Both the position numbers and the translations under genes were made by a program. Below the pieces are notes generated by a model. It saw nothing but the letters and a program-made list of their open reading frames with translations, was not told where the DNA came from and ran no database searches. Positions 37,996 to 48,169 of a stretch of 64,000 nt of DNA are shown piece after piece (within the stretch, counting starts at the first letter, position 1; each line of letters opens with the position of its first letter). Source of the stretch: a virus (Duplodnaviria; Caudoviricetes); the IMG/VR virus record IMGVR_UViG_3300035157_001069, positions 2,062 to 66,061 of that record. One strand, given 5' to 3'.

Positions 37996-39730
37996 AAGTT
38001 AATTCTCGTTTTAAAAATTCGAATGCCCTATAGACATAGGGTGTCAAATCAAGTCTAGGATCTGCCAAAAGTGGGAGATCGGGAGCCTGCGGATGAGGCG
38101 TTTGACGCATATCATTAATGAGCGCCAAGAATGTTCTAATACTTCCTTGCGTGGCTTGAGCCATTCTGAATGGATAGCCACTTAGCATTGAACTTCGCTC
38201 TTCGTCAGTTTTGTCTGGGAAGAGGTATCGAAGGGCTTCGACGCTATCAACGCCAAGCTCTTGTAGGTTGCGAACAACAATACTTGAATTCAGTATATCC
38301 TCTGTGCCATCTTCGAACACCGGACCTGTCCATCTCCACTCAACTTTCCTATTGCCATCAGGTATTAAACCCACTACGGCAGGTGGTAAATTTTGATCTC
38401 CAACAGCTACTCGAATAGCAACATCGAGTTCCTGTTCATACGCTTGTAGTTGTTGTCCATAAATACCTACCGCTTCATTGTAAAGATCTGGATTTTCAAA
38501 GTCTTCAGCGATAGGAACTGGAGGCTTGACCATTTGCATTGCGAAAGCAAATGAATCTCTAAATATTTTCTCCTCGTGGTAAATGATTAAACCCAGTAAT
38601 TTACATAGGCCATATGTCAATAAGCCTCTGCATCTCCTTGCAGCGGTTGTGGCTGCTCGACCGTATAAAGATTTAATCTCGTATGCTGTGGCTCCAGAGC
38701 TTATACCTAATTCGTCAACCCCTCCCATCGCTGTTCGAAGTTCTTCCCTATATTGACGAGCATATAAATTTTGATCGCCAGAAACCGCATCAGGGGTTAA
38801 GTAAACAGCCCGATCAGATGGTTCAACGTTTGCGATAATACGCGGAACCTTCATGGCTCCACCACCACCTCCTCCAGGTTCACTAACCCGTGTCGACGGT
38901 CTGTTAGAAGAGTAGAAACCTGCTTGCGAGCTAATAGTAGGCCTTAAGCTCTCGTCCCCACCACTTTCCATCAAGTCATGTTTAGGGCGACTCGAAACCA
39001 AAGTCGGATTACCAAAGAACGTAATATTCGTCCGAATGTTTTTCACTAAATCGTCATGGAGAACGATTTGATCGCTAAGCCAATCAAAATCTCCTGTTGA
39101 ATCCATGCCTGTAGAACGCATCGTGTTAAATGCTTCTACAGCGGGGATAAAACCTAAACTATTGATCAGAGTTCTCGTCTTCGTAGGAGCGAAATTGAAA
39201 TTAGCGGATGTTCCAGCATCGAAAGAAGGTTTTTCATTCGTAATAGATTCTTTGATCTCATCACGACGTACCTGCAATTTGACCCATCTCTGACTACCTG
39301 AATTAGTGCCAGGTAAAGAAAGAGCACCTAATCCACTCTTTACAGAGAAGGAATAAATTAGTTCTATCTCTTCCAGATCAGAAGAAGCGTCATAGTACGC
39401 ACGGTAATTATCCTTGCTGAACCACATCAGACGGTAAGTGTCCTGTACTGGTCTGAAATAGAACAGACCCTTACCGTCAATCAAGAAGTCATCGACAATA
39501 CCTTCTAAACGACTATCTATTTCATTTTCTTCAATTAATTGTTGTAGGAATCGACGTCGATATCCAAAAGTATCCTGTGTAGGGAAAAACTCAATTCCTT
39601 GACGAAGCATGAATAGCTTCATCTGAGCGAGATGGCTGTTAACAACCATCGTGTCGGTTCCGCTAGCTCCTTCTCTCTTCCTTGCGGCTTCGAGAATCTG
39701 ACGAAAACGTTCGGTATTTGGTGTACTCAT
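37511..39730 (-). CDS. Portal protein
   Basis: Follows TerL; LGFIPAVE, G.GDFD.L..QI..HD, FFGNP, V.WRW..P.F and EAL.YLFP motifs. Confidence 0.8.
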   Translation of the reverse strand: MSTPNTERFRQILEAARKREGASGTDTMVVNSHLAQMKLFMLRQGIEFFPTQDTFGYRRRFLQQLIEENEIDSRLEGIVDDFLIDGKGLFYFRPVQDTYRLMWFSKDNYRAYYDASSDLEEIELIYSFSVKSGLGALSLPGTNSGSQRWVKLQVRRDEIKESITNEKPSFDAGTSANFNFAPTKTRTLINSLGFIPAVEAFNTMRSTGMDSTGDFDWLSDQIVLHDDLVKNIRTNITFFGNPTLVSSRPKHDLMESGGDESLRPTISSQAGFYSSNRPSTRVSEPGGGGGGAMKVPRIIANVEPSDRAVYLTPDAVSGDQNLYARQYREELRTAMGGVDELGISSGATAYEIKSLYGRAATTAARRCRGLLTYGLCKLLGLIIYHEEKIFRDSFAFAMQMVKPPVPIAEDFENPDLYNEAVGIYGQQLQAYEQELDVAIRVAVGDQNLPPAVVGLIPDGNRKVEWRWTGPVFEDGTEDILNSSIVVRNLQELGVDSVEALRYLFPDKTDEERSSMLSGYPFRMAQATQGSIRTFLALINDMRQTPHPQAPDLPLLADPRLDLTPYVYRAFEFLKRELTYAGQYSDDTGSGDPAELNSIERARTERGLPSNPGPERPTFVPDSFGSLGTAGGSTGGSTGSGGESMAGGVPESQRQFERNTGLPAPGSLLNSDPSGSDTTSELGSSSSLPSRAFSIGDADLSAPSNAGVIPDTTGTGAALDTARSSAKRRRVSKQDKRRKS

Positions 39731-39739
39731 TTTATAATT

Positions 39740-41272
39740 TTATCTCCATTCTATTTGAGCACCGCCGCGCTTCATGAGACCTTGCACCACGATGTTCAAG
39801 GAATCAGCGCAATCATCATGAGGAGCGTGTCCAAAATTGATTACCTCGTCAGTCATACAACTAAAATCTCGGAACTTATTGAAAATGACCTTTTTACGTT
39901 GAAAAAGACCCATAATCCCACGCAGTCGAGCAAGCTTGTCGCCTCTAAAACCTTTGACAGGACTAACACTTAAATTATAAAGCTGCCATTCATTGAATAA
40001 TATTCTTTTTAAATCACCTTCAAAACTTTTTTGATAAGCCACTACTTCAGGCCAAATCACCACAGGAGAATCTGTTTTGAAAAACTGCTTATCCTCATTC
40101 ATCGACAACAAGTTCCAATCAGCTAGTAACTCACATAAAGCTTCTATCTTCTCTATGTTTCCCATCGACCGCATCCTGCGGTAATCAATAATGTAAACAG
40201 TATCTTCAACCCTGCCAGCCAAGGTAAAGACAGTCCAATCGTTCCTCTCCGACATGCCAGCAGATAAGTCTATTCCGACACCGATAATGTCGTAATCGTC
40301 GGGGACTTCGCCTCTTACAAACATCTCAGGTGAAATGCCTAATTCTGATGTTTTGACAGGTTGATTTAAGTATTGATAAGAAAACGCAACACGATCCTCT
40401 GACTGTAATTTCAACAGATATTTAGCAGACCACATCGAAGGCCAATAAGACCTTGGAGTACCGTTATCGTCGTAACTCAATGCACCTTGTGTTATAACTT
40501 TCCATCCACGTTTCTCACAAAAAGTTGTAGTAAATAGGTCGTCAAAATGGAAACGAGTGCCTAGAGCGATGGCACGAGCCCCTTGGAACATGGTGGGGAC
40601 AATAACATTATTCCAGTTGGCTTCCATCTCCCGTCGAATGTCCGGGTTAGCAATCGCTGCAGCACTCTTGATTGCGTCGTCAACAATGATTAAAGAGCTA
40701 CGTTTAGAAGTAATTGTTCCTTTAAGTCCAGCGCAAGCAACAGTAAAAGCATCTTCCCCTCTTATATCTATCTCTGCGAAATCAAAATCAATAGACCACA
40801 GTTCATCGCTCGTGCGGGTTTTCGATAAACGAACTGTCGGAAAAATTTCTTGATATTCCTTGTTCATTATGAGATTTTTTATCGCCGCGCTCTTGTTTCT
40901 AGAAACGTCAACGTTGTATGAAACGTATAAAGTTCTCAGTAATTTTTTAGCTTGTGCATGACGGCCAATAAGCCAAGCAACTAACAAGCCTATTACCGTC
41001 GATTTGGCACTACCTCGAGGACTTAACAGGCATGTGTTAGGTCCTGCAATATCTAATAAATGCTCGTTGCTTTCACCTGTTAAAAACTGCTTGTGCCATA
41101 CCTTCATATGATCAGCAGCAGGCTTGCCCATCATGCTGCAGAAGTAGGCAAAATTGTTCCTAGCCTTTAAAACATGTGGGGGAGTGACCTCCACTTTAGG
41201 CTCAGTCTTAACAGCTTTGGCCGCTAGTTGAGCGCTACGTCTCCTCGCGAGAGATACTGAAGCATTTGACAT
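39740..41272 (-). CDS. terL: Terminase large subunit
   Basis: PRGSAKST Walker A, IIVDD Walker B, GTRFHFDD, GIDLS and HDDCADS nuclease motifs. Confidence 0.95.
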   Translation of the reverse strand: MSNASVSLARRRSAQLAAKAVKTEPKVEVTPPHVLKARNNFAYFCSMMGKPAADHMKVWHKQFLTGESNEHLLDIAGPNTCLLSPRGSAKSTVIGLLVAWLIGRHAQAKKLLRTLYVSYNVDVSRNKSAAIKNLIMNKEYQEIFPTVRLSKTRTSDELWSIDFDFAEIDIRGEDAFTVACAGLKGTITSKRSSLIIVDDAIKSAAAIANPDIRREMEANWNNVIVPTMFQGARAIALGTRFHFDDLFTTTFCEKRGWKVITQGALSYDDNGTPRSYWPSMWSAKYLLKLQSEDRVAFSYQYLNQPVKTSELGISPEMFVRGEVPDDYDIIGVGIDLSAGMSERNDWTVFTLAGRVEDTVYIIDYRRMRSMGNIEKIEALCELLADWNLLSMNEDKQFFKTDSPVVIWPEVVAYQKSFEGDLKRILFNEWQLYNLSVSPVKGFRGDKLARLRGIMGLFQRKKVIFNKFRDFSCMTDEVINFGHAPHDDCADSLNIVVQGLMKRGGAQIEWR

Positions 41273-41304
41273 ACTTCAAGTGTAGGCTTTATTCACTATT
41301 TCTT

Positions 41305-41538
41305 CTACGGTAATACGATAGTTTCCTTCTGTCTCCAACCCTTTCTTTCGACCCAAGCATTAAACTCAGCCTTGGCTTCAGGGGTCAAATAGCCGAAGAA
41401 TCTATTCAATGCATGTTTTAGGGCATAATTTTTATCTTCATATTTATCCAACTCTAGACCTCCATGAAGAGCACAACATGCATCAAGCAAATCATAGATA
41501 GGTACTTGGATCCGAGCGTTTTCTTGTTCCCTATTCAT
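41305..41538 (-). CDS. Hypothetical protein
   Basis: 77-aa ORF. Confidence 0.6.
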   Translation of the reverse strand: MNREQENARIQVPIYDLLDACCALHGGLELDKYEDKNYALKHALNRFFGYLTPEAKAEFNAWVERKGWRQKETIVLP

Positions 41539-41575
41539 AAATAGTGAATAAAAATAAAAGAGTTATATTTGTTCA

Positions 41576-42184
41576 CTATAGGAGTAATCCTGGGTTATAG
41601 ATTAAATTACCAACCAATGCTATTCTTTCTCCACTATTGTCCTCTCCCTTGACCTCGTGCTGTTCGTGACTAGAAAATAAAGTGAGGTTACCTTCCTTAG
41701 CAGGGATGGTTTTATCCTCTATTTCTAGGGGAGCAGACTCCTCTGAAGTACGAGAATAATAGCTAAAGCTCAATGCAAATGGAAAATGGTTATGAGATAT
41801 AACTCCTTGAGCTCCGTCGTACATAATCCCCCAACAAGCGGTCAATTCAAACGCTCTGGGATGCCATCCGCTATTCTGGGCTACCTGCGCAATAAGTTCA
41901 GGGGAAACCGCTTCTAAGAAAGAACCCGGCATGTGACTGTTGCTCGCAATATTGCAAGCGACTCGTGGGGTAATCCATAAAACTATATCGAGAATTTTTC
42001 TTACATATTCATTGTCATCTGCATGCAGATCCATTCGCGTGATAGATGCTGCCGAAGAAACCTCTCCACTTTCTGGTACTACTTTGTTGTCAATATTTGA
42101 TTTTATATAATCACTTAACGACGGATTGAATTCTTCTAGGTTAATACCAAAATCTTGAACATTGACTGTTTCAATTAAGCTCAT
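41576..42184 (-). CDS. 2OG-Fe(II) oxygenase-like protein
   Basis: WG..Y..HNHFP..SFSYY..LF.S..HEV..RIALVGN. Confidence 0.8.
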   Translation of the reverse strand: MSLIETVNVQDFGINLEEFNPSLSDYIKSNIDNKVVPESGEVSSAASITRMDLHADDNEYVRKILDIVLWITPRVACNIASNSHMPGSFLEAVSPELIAQVAQNSGWHPRAFELTACWGIMYDGAQGVISHNHFPFALSFSYYSRTSEESAPLEIEDKTIPAKEGNLTLFSSHEQHEVKGEDNSGERIALVGNLIYNPGLLL

Positions 42185-42465
42185 AATGCATGGCGCACTT
42201 TTTCAACAACTTGATCAATTACATTAACATCTAAGCCAAGGAAAGGTGGGATAATTCCTAGTATTCTTAACAACCCATCCAAGAATAAAGCTAGACATGT
42301 GAAGCCTAGAATCATGCTGATAATTGTTGCGTTTCTATTATGCTGTTTCATTGATGCTTCGTCTATAGCCTTCGCCTTGGCTACAGCGTCAGCCAGCATA
42401 ATGTCTACTTCTTCTTTTGTGTAACACAAGTGAGGTACAATCTCCCGAATTTTATCTTCGGTCAT
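42181..42465 (-). CDS. Conserved cyanophage-type membrane protein
   Basis: CYTKEEVD..HNRNATIISMILGF..DGLLRILGIIPPF. Confidence 0.75.
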   Translation of the reverse strand: MTEDKIREIVPHLCYTKEEVDIMLADAVAKAKAIDEASMKQHNRNATIISMILGFTCLALFLDGLLRILGIIPPFLGLDVNVIDQVVEKVRHAL

Positions 42466-42487
42466 GGAACATGATTTTTTTCTTAGG

Positions 42488-43000
42488 TTACTTCTCTTCT
42501 ACCAAAGCAGCCCATACAGATTCGTAAGCAAGTTCTAATGCGTTGATAACATCATCATTGCCTTTAAATATAGATTTTAGTTCTCGCATTACTTTATCCG
42601 CACCTGCGAGGACTAATCCTCTCCTGTCTGTTACTTTTGACATCTTCTCAACTTCTACGACATGTCCTCTGAGTTCTTTTGATAGATGCGCAATCCTAGT
42701 CGCAGCCGCATCAGGTTTAACTATATCGTTCATTACCTGTTGCCTCAAAAAGTCTATATCACCCTCTAACTTGACAATTTCTCCTAGCATTAACTCCCTG
42801 CTATTCAGCTTGGGATACTTGGTTAAGATCCATTTTTCTAATGCTGAGAATCCACCATCGTAACCTAGAACACCCGCATAGAGCCAAATTTCGTATACCG
42901 AATAAGTCTTGTCTACATACGTCAGAAAACATTCACGACGATCTTGATCTAAAGCATTTAAAAAATTCTGTACTAAATCAATCTGGGTTGTTGAACTCAT
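42488..43000 (-). CDS. Hypothetical protein; candidate terminase small subunit
   Basis: Helical 170-aa protein upstream of TerL. Confidence 0.4.
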   Translation of the reverse strand: MSSTTQIDLVQNFLNALDQDRRECFLTYVDKTYSVYEIWLYAGVLGYDGGFSALEKWILTKYPKLNSRELMLGEIVKLEGDIDFLRQQVMNDIVKPDAAATRIAHLSKELRGHVVEVEKMSKVTDRRGLVLAGADKVMRELKSIFKGNDDVINALELAYESVWAALVEEK

Positions 43001-43704
43001 CCAAAGAAGCTTGCTCCTGACCTAGTAATAGCACCTCTGGCGTCTGCGCGCATGTTCCTCTCTTCCATGTACTTTTCTTTCTGGGTTTGACGCAGTTCAT
43101 CCCCTCGTGTTCTTTCTAGCAATCTATCTTGAGCACCTTGTACCTTTGTCTGCAATCTATTTTGGATTCCCTTAGCCATATAACCTAGGCGATCTTCTTG
43201 TCCTTGAACACGAGTTGTTCTCCTGTCTTGATCTCCTGAGACCTTCTTACCTAGACGGTTTTCTTCTCCTGCTACACGTAAATTTTTGCGATACTGATCT
43301 CCCTCTGCTCCAGTCTGCAATCTATTAATCCATCCTTCATGTCCCATCAATTCTTTCGTAATTCCACCTTCAGCGGCCATCAGCTTGGCTATGTTGCCAG
43401 TCCTTAGGTTTTCTAGAATACTTGCGTGATAGGAACTGCTAGCCCTCTGAGCGTCGTCGTAATCTAAGGCTAGACCCATGTTCGCTAAGGTCTTACCTGT
43501 GCTCAAGATAGCTCCAGAAGCTGCTGCTCCAATTGACTTGTTATTTGGATTTGCCTTCGCCCAATCATATATCTGCTGCATTCCGATATCGTATCTACCA
43601 CTGCCTAAGCCAGTCGGATTCCATGGTAGAGTCGAACCAAATCCCGTACTCCCTGCGCCTGAGTTAAGTAGTGAGCTCGCTAAACTTGCGAAAACTGATG
43701 ACAT
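42997..43704 (-). CDS. Candidate DNA pilot/ejection protein with 11-aa repeats
   Basis: Eight xxGxQ/ExRxxxx hendecad repeats and a Gly/Ser/Ala-rich N-terminus. Confidence 0.55.
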   Translation of the reverse strand: MSSVFASLASSLLNSGAGSTGFGSTLPWNPTGLGSGRYDIGMQQIYDWAKANPNNKSIGAAASGAILSTGKTLANMGLALDYDDAQRASSSYHASILENLRTGNIAKLMAAEGGITKELMGHEGWINRLQTGAEGDQYRKNLRVAGEENRLGKKVSGDQDRRTTRVQGQEDRLGYMAKGIQNRLQTKVQGAQDRLLERTRGDELRQTQKEKYMEERNMRADARGAITRSGASFFG

Positions 43705-43728
43705 GATAATACCCCCTATAAAGTTAGT

Positions 43729-44322
43729 TTACCTGTTTGCAATAGTATTGATCATTGATTGTCTGCTAGCTTCCCTCTTGCGAAGGATATCTTTGTAGTA
43801 ATCAGTTGTTTCAGTCGTATGTGTCTTTTCAGGGTGAGAAGAAGTCTCCGCGCTTAATGATTCCCTGAACAACTGCTTCTCCCCGTCGACAGTTCGTGCT
43901 GCCTCTGCCGCTGCCGCTTCGTTCTTAGCTTGAACATCAGGAGCTACTCCTCTATACCTCATTGCCACAGCTGCATCTGAAGGAGCCCCAGGTTCGTTAT
44001 CTCTTCGGTAGATAGCAGCACGTTCTCTTGCAGACCTAGTGTCTCCTTTACCCGAAGGGATATCTTTTTTTATATCCTCGTAAATATCTTTGCGGACAGT
44101 TCCATAGCGTTCCAAGGGTCCACTGACCTCGTTGTACATTTGTTTTTGATCCTCTGTGTATTCTTCATCAGTAGGTTCGGCCCCTGCAGGGTAATCCATT
44201 ACTACATTTCTGTAGCCTTGATCTTCTCCTTCCACGTCGGTAGGTTCTGGAATATCTATAGAGTAGCTGCTTGGCTTGGAAGTTGGATCTTTATAGATCT
44301 CGTCAAAAGCTCTTTTATTCAT
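43729..44322 (-). CDS. Hypothetical protein
   Basis: 197-aa ORF. Confidence 0.65.
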   Translation of the reverse strand: MNKRAFDEIYKDPTSKPSSYSIDIPEPTDVEGEDQGYRNVVMDYPAGAEPTDEEYTEDQKQMYNEVSGPLERYGTVRKDIYEDIKKDIPSGKGDTRSARERAAIYRRDNEPGAPSDAAVAMRYRGVAPDVQAKNEAAAAEAARTVDGEKQLFRESLSAETSSHPEKTHTTETTDYYKDILRKREASRQSMINTIANR

Positions 44323-44324
44323 AA

Positions 44325-44813
44325 TTACTGCATTAAGAGGCCAGCACCAAGAAGCAATCTAGTTACCATGTTCTTAGTATCTCTTCCTCTTTGATAATCT
44401 AAAGTCGGATTAACTTTATTTTGTAAGTCCGATATATTCTTCGCGTTATATTCACTTGCTCTTTGCTGGAAAATATCAGTTATTCCCTTATTGAAATTAG
44501 GATTAGACATAGGTATTCCACTGTCTACATATTTACCCTGTTCTGCATCCCAATGATATCCTGTAGGTTTTTGCATCGTTACCTCTTCATCATTTATCTT
44601 TTGGACTTCAACAGGGCCAATAACAGTCCTATTAATGGTATCTGCACCCGAAGTTAATGATTTCTCGAGTAAATCCCGCAGCTGTTGCATATTTTCATTC
44701 TTATTCTGCATATTTTGAGCCCAGGTGTTTAACGCCGCAGCATTAAGATTCCTGTTGTTTATCGCATTTGTTATATCTTCTACCGTGTTGTAAACTACTA
44801 CCTTGTCTGACAT
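44325..44813 (-). CDS. Hypothetical protein
   Basis: 162 aa with a hydrophobic C-terminus. Confidence 0.65.
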   Translation of the reverse strand: MSDKVVVYNTVEDITNAINNRNLNAAALNTWAQNMQNKNENMQQLRDLLEKSLTSGADTINRTVIGPVEVQKINDEEVTMQKPTGYHWDAEQGKYVDSGIPMSNPNFNKGITDIFQQRASEYNAKNISDLQNKVNPTLDYQRGRDTKNMVTRLLLGAGLLMQ

Positions 44814-44859
44814 TGGTTTAAAGAGCTATTCCTTTACTAATAATAGTGGTTCCACTCAC

Positions 44860-45459
44860 CTAAAAAGGATAAGCGTAGCCCGCCCACTTACTGTCCTTGA
44901 GATTAAGATCGGCTTCTTTCTGAGCAGAGCCATCAAGGTATGACATGAATATGTTTGGATTCACTTTATGGTTCACATCCGCTATGTTTACATTCGTAGT
45001 CGATTCATTTACATTCTTGAAGGTCTCGTTAATGATATTAAGCATATCCGCGTTGCTCTGATTGCCAAGGTTCGAGTTGTCGATTCCCGTGCCTTGAACT
45101 GCCTCTTTGCTCACGTCGTTTCTACTGCCTAGGACTGAGCTCAATAAAGATGATACGTCTCCATCGTCTATACCACCCATTAAATTACCTATTAAAGCCA
45201 TTTTTTGCTGTTGCTTCGCTCTCTTATTGATCAGCTTCCTCTCTTCTATTGCCTGATCTTTAGCTATCTCCTGCCTCCTGATGCCACCTACTTCTCTTAG
45301 AGAAGTATCAGCAAGATTCATTCCCTCCTTAAATGCTACCTTTGGTATTTCCAGTTGCTGCTTCAATATCTCCGTATCCTTGATTTGGCTAAAAGCCTGT
45401 AATGCAGGATATTGAATACCTCCTAAGGAGGCTGCGGTGTTTGTGAAAGAAAATCCCAT
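44860..45459 (-). CDS. Hypothetical protein
   Basis: Likely start MGFSF at 45459. Confidence 0.6.
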   Translation of the reverse strand: MGFSFTNTAASLGGIQYPALQAFSQIKDTEILKQQLEIPKVAFKEGMNLADTSLREVGGIRRQEIAKDQAIEERKLINKRAKQQQKMALIGNLMGGIDDGDVSSLLSSVLGSRNDVSKEAVQGTGIDNSNLGNQSNADMLNIINETFKNVNESTTNVNIADVNHKVNPNIFMSYLDGSAQKEADLNLKDSKWAGYAYPF

Positions 45460-45460
45460 A

Positions 45461-46339
45461 TTAGATATTGGATGCAACTAAAGCGCTTGAGTTAGCAAAG
45501 TTACTTGCTAATCCAGCCATTTGAGCCATTTCTTGCTGTGCCATTAACTGATCAATTCTTTGTCTAAGCTCTGCGTTTTGAATGTTGTCTAATTGTCTTT
45601 GTTGATTAGCTATCTTCACTCTTCTGTCTTGCTCTAAGTCTGGATTGAAACCATAAGCAATACCTCTACCAGCTTGCTTACCCATTCCACCACCAAGCAT
45701 AGAACCAAGAGTTGCTCCTGCAAATGTTCCAATACCAGGTAAAACTAAGCTACCTAAGAATCCCCCTAGAGCAGTGCCTCCAATAGTGCCGCCAATTTTT
45801 CCGCCTGCTTCAAGACTATTTACCCAGCGAGGATCTGCAGTGTCTCCTAGTTCTGACATGCCATCAGCAATAGCCAAGATTGTACCTAGTCCTGCTAAAC
45901 CTTGAATACGTGGAACTGCATTTTTCCCGAATAGAACGTTAGCTGGTCCCGGCTTCCATCCTCTTACTTTTACTGGACCAAAACCTACAGCATCATCTGC
46001 TCTGGATAAAGCTAAAGCATCACCAAAAGTCTGTGGTCTGATCTGTCTCCAATTAGCTCTTCTTACTGCATCACCATATACCGCTTTGTCTAAACCTTGC
46101 CTAAACCCATCACCCATAGCTCTTCTGTTTATTCCACCAAATACTCCACCTCTTCTAACACCCTCTGATATTCCTAGCCCACCGCCTAGTTCTATTAAGT
46201 AATTTCTTAACTGTTTTTGAGCTTGTGGATTACCTCTGGCTTGACTCAGTAGCTTCTTGACTTCTACGTTACCTCCGGCGTCTTCCTGCAATAATCTAAG
46301 AAGTGCTAAATAGTCCTGATTCAAGTTCGCAGTTGCCAT
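45461..46339 (-). CDS. Candidate internal virion/ejection protein with glycine-zipper segment
   Basis: GGTIGGTALGGFLGSLVLPGIGTFAGATLG followed by a Gln-rich coil. Confidence 0.55.
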   Translation of the reverse strand: MATANLNQDYLALLRLLQEDAGGNVEVKKLLSQARGNPQAQKQLRNYLIELGGGLGISEGVRRGGVFGGINRRAMGDGFRQGLDKAVYGDAVRRANWRQIRPQTFGDALALSRADDAVGFGPVKVRGWKPGPANVLFGKNAVPRIQGLAGLGTILAIADGMSELGDTADPRWVNSLEAGGKIGGTIGGTALGGFLGSLVLPGIGTFAGATLGSMLGGGMGKQAGRGIAYGFNPDLEQDRRVKIANQQRQLDNIQNAELRQRIDQLMAQQEMAQMAGLASNFANSSALVASNI

Positions 46340-46386
46340 CGAAGCTTAGTCACAATATTCCTATGATCGTATTCTAATAACTATTT

Positions 46387-47205
46387 CTAGGTGGCGACTG
46401 AATCCTGCATATACGACAACTTTTGGGGCTCAACCCAATTCACGTATTTAGACATATTTTCGGTATCCATATTTAATTTCTTACATTTATAAAACTGAGG
46501 AGCATTTGGCCTATTGTCTACACATTCAATAGACGTATGGACATAATCAGCATTATGACGCTTATCAGGTCTTTCCCTCCACTTACCATTCACCTTCTCG
46601 TATCTCTTCTCGTCGAAAGGAACATCGTAATCTTCTATGTATTGCCACACGTCATCATGAGTCCAATCACGTAATGGATACAAAAATGTCGGTCCTTCAG
46701 GCAATGTTCTTGCTTCTACTCTCGTACCAGCGTCCCCTCCAAGTATTGGATCTGAATCACAACGTTTATGTCCAATCCATATTGCATCAAATATTGGTAC
46801 TTCTAGTTTTTCTTGTGTTGGTCTATTCAAAATATCTAAAGCCGTCACAAAAGGCAAATCATCAACAGGCTCTGTGATACCTGTTGGACAAGTTAAAACA
46901 GTCTTATTTATTCTGTAATAATTTTGCACTTCAAATTCATCCCCACTACGTTGCATGGCTGTAGCGAAAGGATGCCATGTATGAACAAATAAATCCCATT
47001 CTCGAATAATCCGATCATGAAACTCGTATTTAAAAGGCTGCCATAATTCCCTGAAGAATATGACAGGTACACGAATGCCATGTCGTCTTAACAAATGCAG
47101 TAAAACCATGCTGTCTTTCCCTCCAGACCATGCAACCATGGTTGAAAGAAAGTGGTTTACTGATGTATCAATAATCTGATCTGTGCGTTCTAGCTTAGTA
47201 AGCAA
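46387..47205 (-). CDS. PAPS reductase family (PP-loop) protein
   Basis: VAWSGGKDS, G.KRCDS and YPLRDWT.DDVWQYI. Confidence 0.85.
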   Translation of the reverse strand: MLTKLERTDQIIDTSVNHFLSTMVAWSGGKDSMVLLHLLRRHGIRVPVIFFRELWQPFKYEFHDRIIREWDLFVHTWHPFATAMQRSGDEFEVQNYYRINKTVLTCPTGITEPVDDLPFVTALDILNRPTQEKLEVPIFDAIWIGHKRCDSDPILGGDAGTRVEARTLPEGPTFLYPLRDWTHDDVWQYIEDYDVPFDEKRYEKVNGKWRERPDKRHNADYVHTSIECVDNRPNAPQFYKCKKLNMDTENMSKYVNWVEPQKLSYMQDSVAT

Positions 47206-47237
47206 ATGCGTATCCCCAATACGCTCCTAAATATACC

Positions 47238-47654
47238 TTAAATTAACGCAGCGCCAACCGTGATCACACCACTAAGTATTGCAGAATTTCTGCTAGCTTT
47301 GGCTTGAGATCTTGCTGCTCTTTCTTGAGCTTTTCTCATCTCTTCAGCAGCTTCGTCTTCTGCTTTTTGGGCAAGCATCTGACCAGCCATTTGTGTGGCT
47401 TCTGCTTGTCCTGGGACTCCAAATGAATCCGACTGATCTAGAACATTATCAAAACTCCGCTTAGCATTAGAACTTTGAAATAGTCGGTCTGCTGCTTGAC
47501 TACCATATGCTTTGGCTTGATCAAGTGTATTGTTAAATTTCTGAGCCCCTGATGTTTGGTCTGCAAAGTAACTATCTAATTTGCTGTCATCATCCGTCTC
47601 AGAAAATGCATCTCTAATCGCTTGAGTAAGAAGGTCTAGATCTTGGGCTGACAT
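47238..47654 (-). CDS. Hypothetical virion-type protein
   Basis: Ala/Gln coil with a hydrophobic C-terminus. Confidence 0.6.
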   Translation of the reverse strand: MSAQDLDLLTQAIRDAFSETDDDSKLDSYFADQTSGAQKFNNTLDQAKAYGSQAADRLFQSSNAKRSFDNVLDQSDSFGVPGQAEATQMAGQMLAQKAEDEAAEEMRKAQERAARSQAKASRNSAILSGVITVGAALI

Positions 47655-47656
47655 GG

Positions 47657-48169
47657 TTATCGGAAAACGGATTTACCCCTATTGAATATATTCATTATAT
47701 TGTCCGAACTAAATACTCCTTGACTAGTGTTAGGGGTATAAATTTCAACAGGCATATCTGTATTCCACTCAGTTGTCCTACCCCCGTAAATAGAATCATT
47801 ATTAAACGGATCATTGATTAATTTTCCGGAAGAATAATTAATGTTTGAACTTGGGTTGTTATAGATAGAATCTGGATCTCCCGCCTCTGATTCATACCAT
47901 CCTTGTCTAATAGACGAATCACTTGGTCCTGATAATTTGCTGACCAATGTAGGGGCAAACTGCGCTCCTATTTTGCCCACAGCACCTATTAAAGCATTAC
48001 CCCATATTTGATTCGCACCGACATCTCCTATGTATTCAGTTGATTGCGCGTCTCTCCATCCTTTATGTTTATATCCTGCTGCTCTTAATGCAGCGGAAGC
48101 CATAGATGTTCCTGACGACCCATACCCAGAGCTTCCTAAATCTTCGTACATCCCTCCCATTAAGCTCAT
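47657..48169 (-). CDS. Hypothetical protein
   Basis: 170-aa ORF. Confidence 0.6.
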   Translation of the reverse strand: MSLMGGMYEDLGSSGYGSSGTSMASAALRAAGYKHKGWRDAQSTEYIGDVGANQIWGNALIGAVGKIGAQFAPTLVSKLSGPSDSSIRQGWYESEAGDPDSIYNNPSSNINYSSGKLINDPFNNDSIYGGRTTEWNTDMPVEIYTPNTSQGVFSSDNIMNIFNRGKSVFR

